A model generated the notes under the pieces. That model ran no database searches. It was not told the origin of the DNA and saw nothing but the letters and a program-made list of their open reading frames with translations. A program made the translations under genes and the position numbers. From Macrostomum hystrix (taxonomy: Eukaryota > Animalia > Platyhelminthes): a DNA stretch of 64,000 nucleotides. Within the stretch, counting starts at the first letter, position 1, and each line of letters begins with the position of its first letter. Below are positions 60,891 to 64,000 of this stretch, one piece after another. Location: positions 7,750,001 through 7,814,000 of the forward strand of contig CATNEN010000039.1 of the NCBI GenBank assembly GCA_950097015.1, given 5' to 3'.

Positions 60891-62061
60891 TCAGCGCCTG
60901 CTTCTGCCAGTCTTGTGCGTGTAGAACTTGTTGAAGTTCTCGGTGATGATGGGCACAGGAATGGCCAGCGTGAGGACCCCAGCCACGGCGCAGACCGAGC
61001 CGACGACCTTTCCGAGCGGACCCTGCGGCACCTTGTCACCGTAGCCAACGGTGCACATTGTGATCACCGCCCACCAGAACGCGTCCGGGATGCTCTCGAT
61101 CTGCGAGCCCTTCACCTCGCTCTCCACGTAGTAGATGGTGGATGAGAACAGCAGGATGCAAACCACCAGTGCCACCAGGAAGAGACCGAGGCCCTCCACG
61201 CTGGCGCGGAAAGTCAGCACGAGAACCTGTAGATCAGCCGAGTGCTTCGTCAGCTTGAACACACGGATCAGGCGGACCACGCGGAGGAAGGCCAGCGAGG
61301 CGCTGGATTTGGCGCCCTCGCAGCTCATTGTGACCAGGACGTTGGTCAGAGTGACATAGTACGGCACAATGGCCGACAGGTCAACGGCATTCTTCACATC
61401 CTTGATGAAGGCCTTCTTGCATGGACAGACTGCGAAGCGCACCAGCAGTTCCATGGTGAACCAGGCGGTGCAGGCGGACTCGATGATGAAGAATGGGTCA
61501 AAGAAGTTGGGCAACTCACGCGACGAGCAGTGCGAGTCCTTGAACTCCTTCAGCGTCTCGGCGCAGAACAGAATGATGGAGGCTACGGTGAACAGCACAG
61601 ACAGGATGGCCACTAGGAAGGCGGGGGCGCTGGTTTCCGGGTACTCGAACAGCATCCACACAGCCCGCTGCATCGGGTGCTCCGGTAGGACGACTGTCTC
61701 GGAGATGTAGCCCTCGTCCTTCTTGTAGGCCTCGATGACCTCCCGCTCGATCTCGTAGAACTCCAGCTCGGACAGGAAGATGTCATCGGTGACTGTGGGT
61801 GGTCGCTTAAGCTTGCCGCCGTACTGGTAGTAGTTGAACACGGCCTCGAAGGTCGGCCGGTGCCTGTCCAGGAAGAACTCGCGCCTATCTTGGTCGTAGT
61901 ACACAGCGCGCCGCTGCGGATTGCCCAGCAGGGTGCGCGGATGCCGGTTCAGCACGCCCAGGCGAGTCTCGAAGTGCATGCCGGAGACGTTGAGTCGCAC
62001 ACGTTCGCAGCCCAGTAGGTGACAGTTGTGCGGCGGGACAAGATGTGTGTGGATCAGCGCG

Positions 62062-62097
<36 letters not shown>

Positions 62098-63280
62098 AAC
62101 TCAAATGCTGTCGCCTCGGACACGTCTGCGAAAGTCGAACTTCTGTGATGGGCACAGTAGGAGTCTACGACTGCATTTTGACCGCCGAGACAAATGCTAT
62201 TCAAGTATTTGAGAATGTCAAGTGCAAACGACATTTTTTGAGACCATTTCCGCTTTACACATTTTCACATTCATTCTTTAATTTGGAAAAGACAAGCAGA
62301 AATATAATTCTGACAATGAAAGCACTAGAAGTGCCAGCGAAAAAATCTATAAAGCAAGCACCCTGTAAAAAACAACAGAGCCTTTTCAATTCAAACTTGC
62401 CTTTTGTCTATTGCCAAATCTTGCCAACTGTGAAGCAAAAGAAGATCTAGTATAGAGAATACCCATAGACAGTTGAAGTGTGACACAATACATCATCGGT
62501 GCACGCCCCAAGTGATTATGGCTCCAAAAGGTAATGGACAGTTTAGCAAGGCAGAAGGTTTGACAAGGTATGGCCATAGACATACGCTTAGACCTATTGT
62601 TATTTATACGCTTTATAGACATTACCAATGGAGATTATAGTTCACTCAGCCTGTGAGGCTGCGCTAACAGTGGATAATCAGATTCCTGAATTAACCATAG
62701 ATCAATACCAACTTTTCTACCTTTCAAATTACTTCCAAAGGCTTTAGCTTTAGCACAAAATTGCTAAAACGGTTTTGGGAAAAACAATACATTTTTCAAT
62801 ATCGAAAACCAACCTGGAAACTTCCAGTCCGTCAGCCGGAAACAGCTGGGAGGCGACGTCGACCACTACAGCCTCGTCGGCGCCGTCATTTTCAACTTGC
62901 CTTTTGTCACCCGCCGACTCCTGACTGATCGCGCCAAGTCTCCTCAGTCTCTGATAATATCTCAGGTGAGTTGGTGCGCTGCCTGACGATTCTCTGTCAG
63001 CTGATTCTCGACCGGCCTGCGATGCTCTCGACTTGCGCTTTCGATATCGTCGCCCGCTATCGCCGCCGCCGCCGTGGCCGCCGCCGCTGTCACCTCCACC
63101 GGCCACTGTTCGATGACGGTGCTGCGCTTGGCTGTAGCTGAGCATGCCGCAGCCAGCTGACTCTGAATCCTTGCCAACTTTGCGTGCGCCGCCGGTACCG
63201 TCTGTGTTGTCGCGATAATGACCAGCGACGCCTCCGCCAACTGCGCCGCTGGGACTCATGTAGGTTGGAACATACAGCAT
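60891..63280 (-). CDS. Shaker-family (Kv1-like) voltage-gated potassium channel (~572 aa)
   Basis: Exons 63280-62814 and 62142-60891 (phase 2, 1719 nt; first exon tentative). T1 domain ERVRLNVSGMHFET..TLLGNP..EFFLDRHRPTFEAVFNYYQYGGKLKRP; WMLFEYPETS; pore IPDAFWWAVITMCTVGYGD; S6 AGVLTLAIPVPII. Confidence 0.93.
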
Positions 63281-64000
63281 TGGATGCCGGGCGGAGGCTT
63301 TATACTGCTAGAGCTGCGTGGAGAGACCAGGAGGAGGGAGACCTGCCAAGGTCGATTCTCATTGGTTGAGGCGAAATTTCTATTGCATTTCAAATCTTCG
63401 ATAGCTTACGACCTTCTTGACAACACTTGTATTGCAGTAATTGGCTTCGTATGCCATTTCCTGTAAGCGTATTCAGTACGTTTAGGCGAGTAAGATATCA
63501 AATAAATCTAATGAAAAAAGTCGCCATGTTTTTATCCTGTGCATAGCCCCTCTAATTATTTTAAATTTCAATTCTGCTTCTCAAATCCCGGCAAGAAGTG
63601 AGTTAATCCAGGTAGAATGTCTTTAGCATCGGCTGCTATGCCAGCGAGCTCGCTCGTAGACACTAAGGAATGACAAGCTTAGTTGACTTCGACCTCATTA
63701 GCCGGCCTGTCTCTGTTGCTACCCGTCTGCCTCGTTTGCTCGAATGCTCCAGTGCTGCCAGCTCCTCTTTCAACACTGTTTGGACCATAAAATAAAATGC
63801 TATCCTGCTGGGCTGCTTTACAGAGAGATTCAAACAGAACACAGTACTTGAAGTAGCGCGAAACGGGTGCATTTTATTCGTTCTGGATCAGCTAAGGATA
63901 GATAGAATATAAATGACAGTCGCAGCTATAGACTGCACACAGCTGTTCAGTCCATAGACTGGGCCAAACCAAACCTTAACTCAGGATTTTCTTGCATAGT

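Overview
Eukaryotic (animal) genomic DNA with GC-rich exons, AT-rich introns and many private minisatellites. The style (poly-Q/poly-A proteins, minisatellite-filled introns) resembles a Macrostomum-type flatworm, but that is inference only. I rebuilt eight spliced genes by hand, all frame-consistent: an SLC28/CNT nucleoside transporter, F-actin capping protein alpha, a TCF/LEF factor with a C-clamp (5' end tentative), two tandem TRPC-like channels, an SVOP-like MFS transporter with a GC-AG intron, a secreted bacterial-type sphingomyelinase with an N-terminal Cys-rich module, and a Shaker/Kv1 channel with a shortened S4. There are three tRNA-Ile genes: two AAT copies with a D-stem insertion and one GAT copy. 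Mobile elements include a LINE with an open 930-aa ORF plus a 3' fragment, an internally deleted IS630/Tc1-like transposon inside interlocking inverted repeats, a non-autonomous Helitron, MITEs and three SINE families. The most intriguing unexplained pattern is a set of at least five minisatellites with different units that share the same dyad core (CC)TGT-CTA-ACA(GG). Also notable: a minisatellite built from a 5' splice junction, a CpG-decay footprint in repeats inside the capping-protein gene, and a probable gene-conversion tract between the TRP paralogues. No CRISPR or prokaryotic system is present. No searches were run; homology calls come from recognised motifs.
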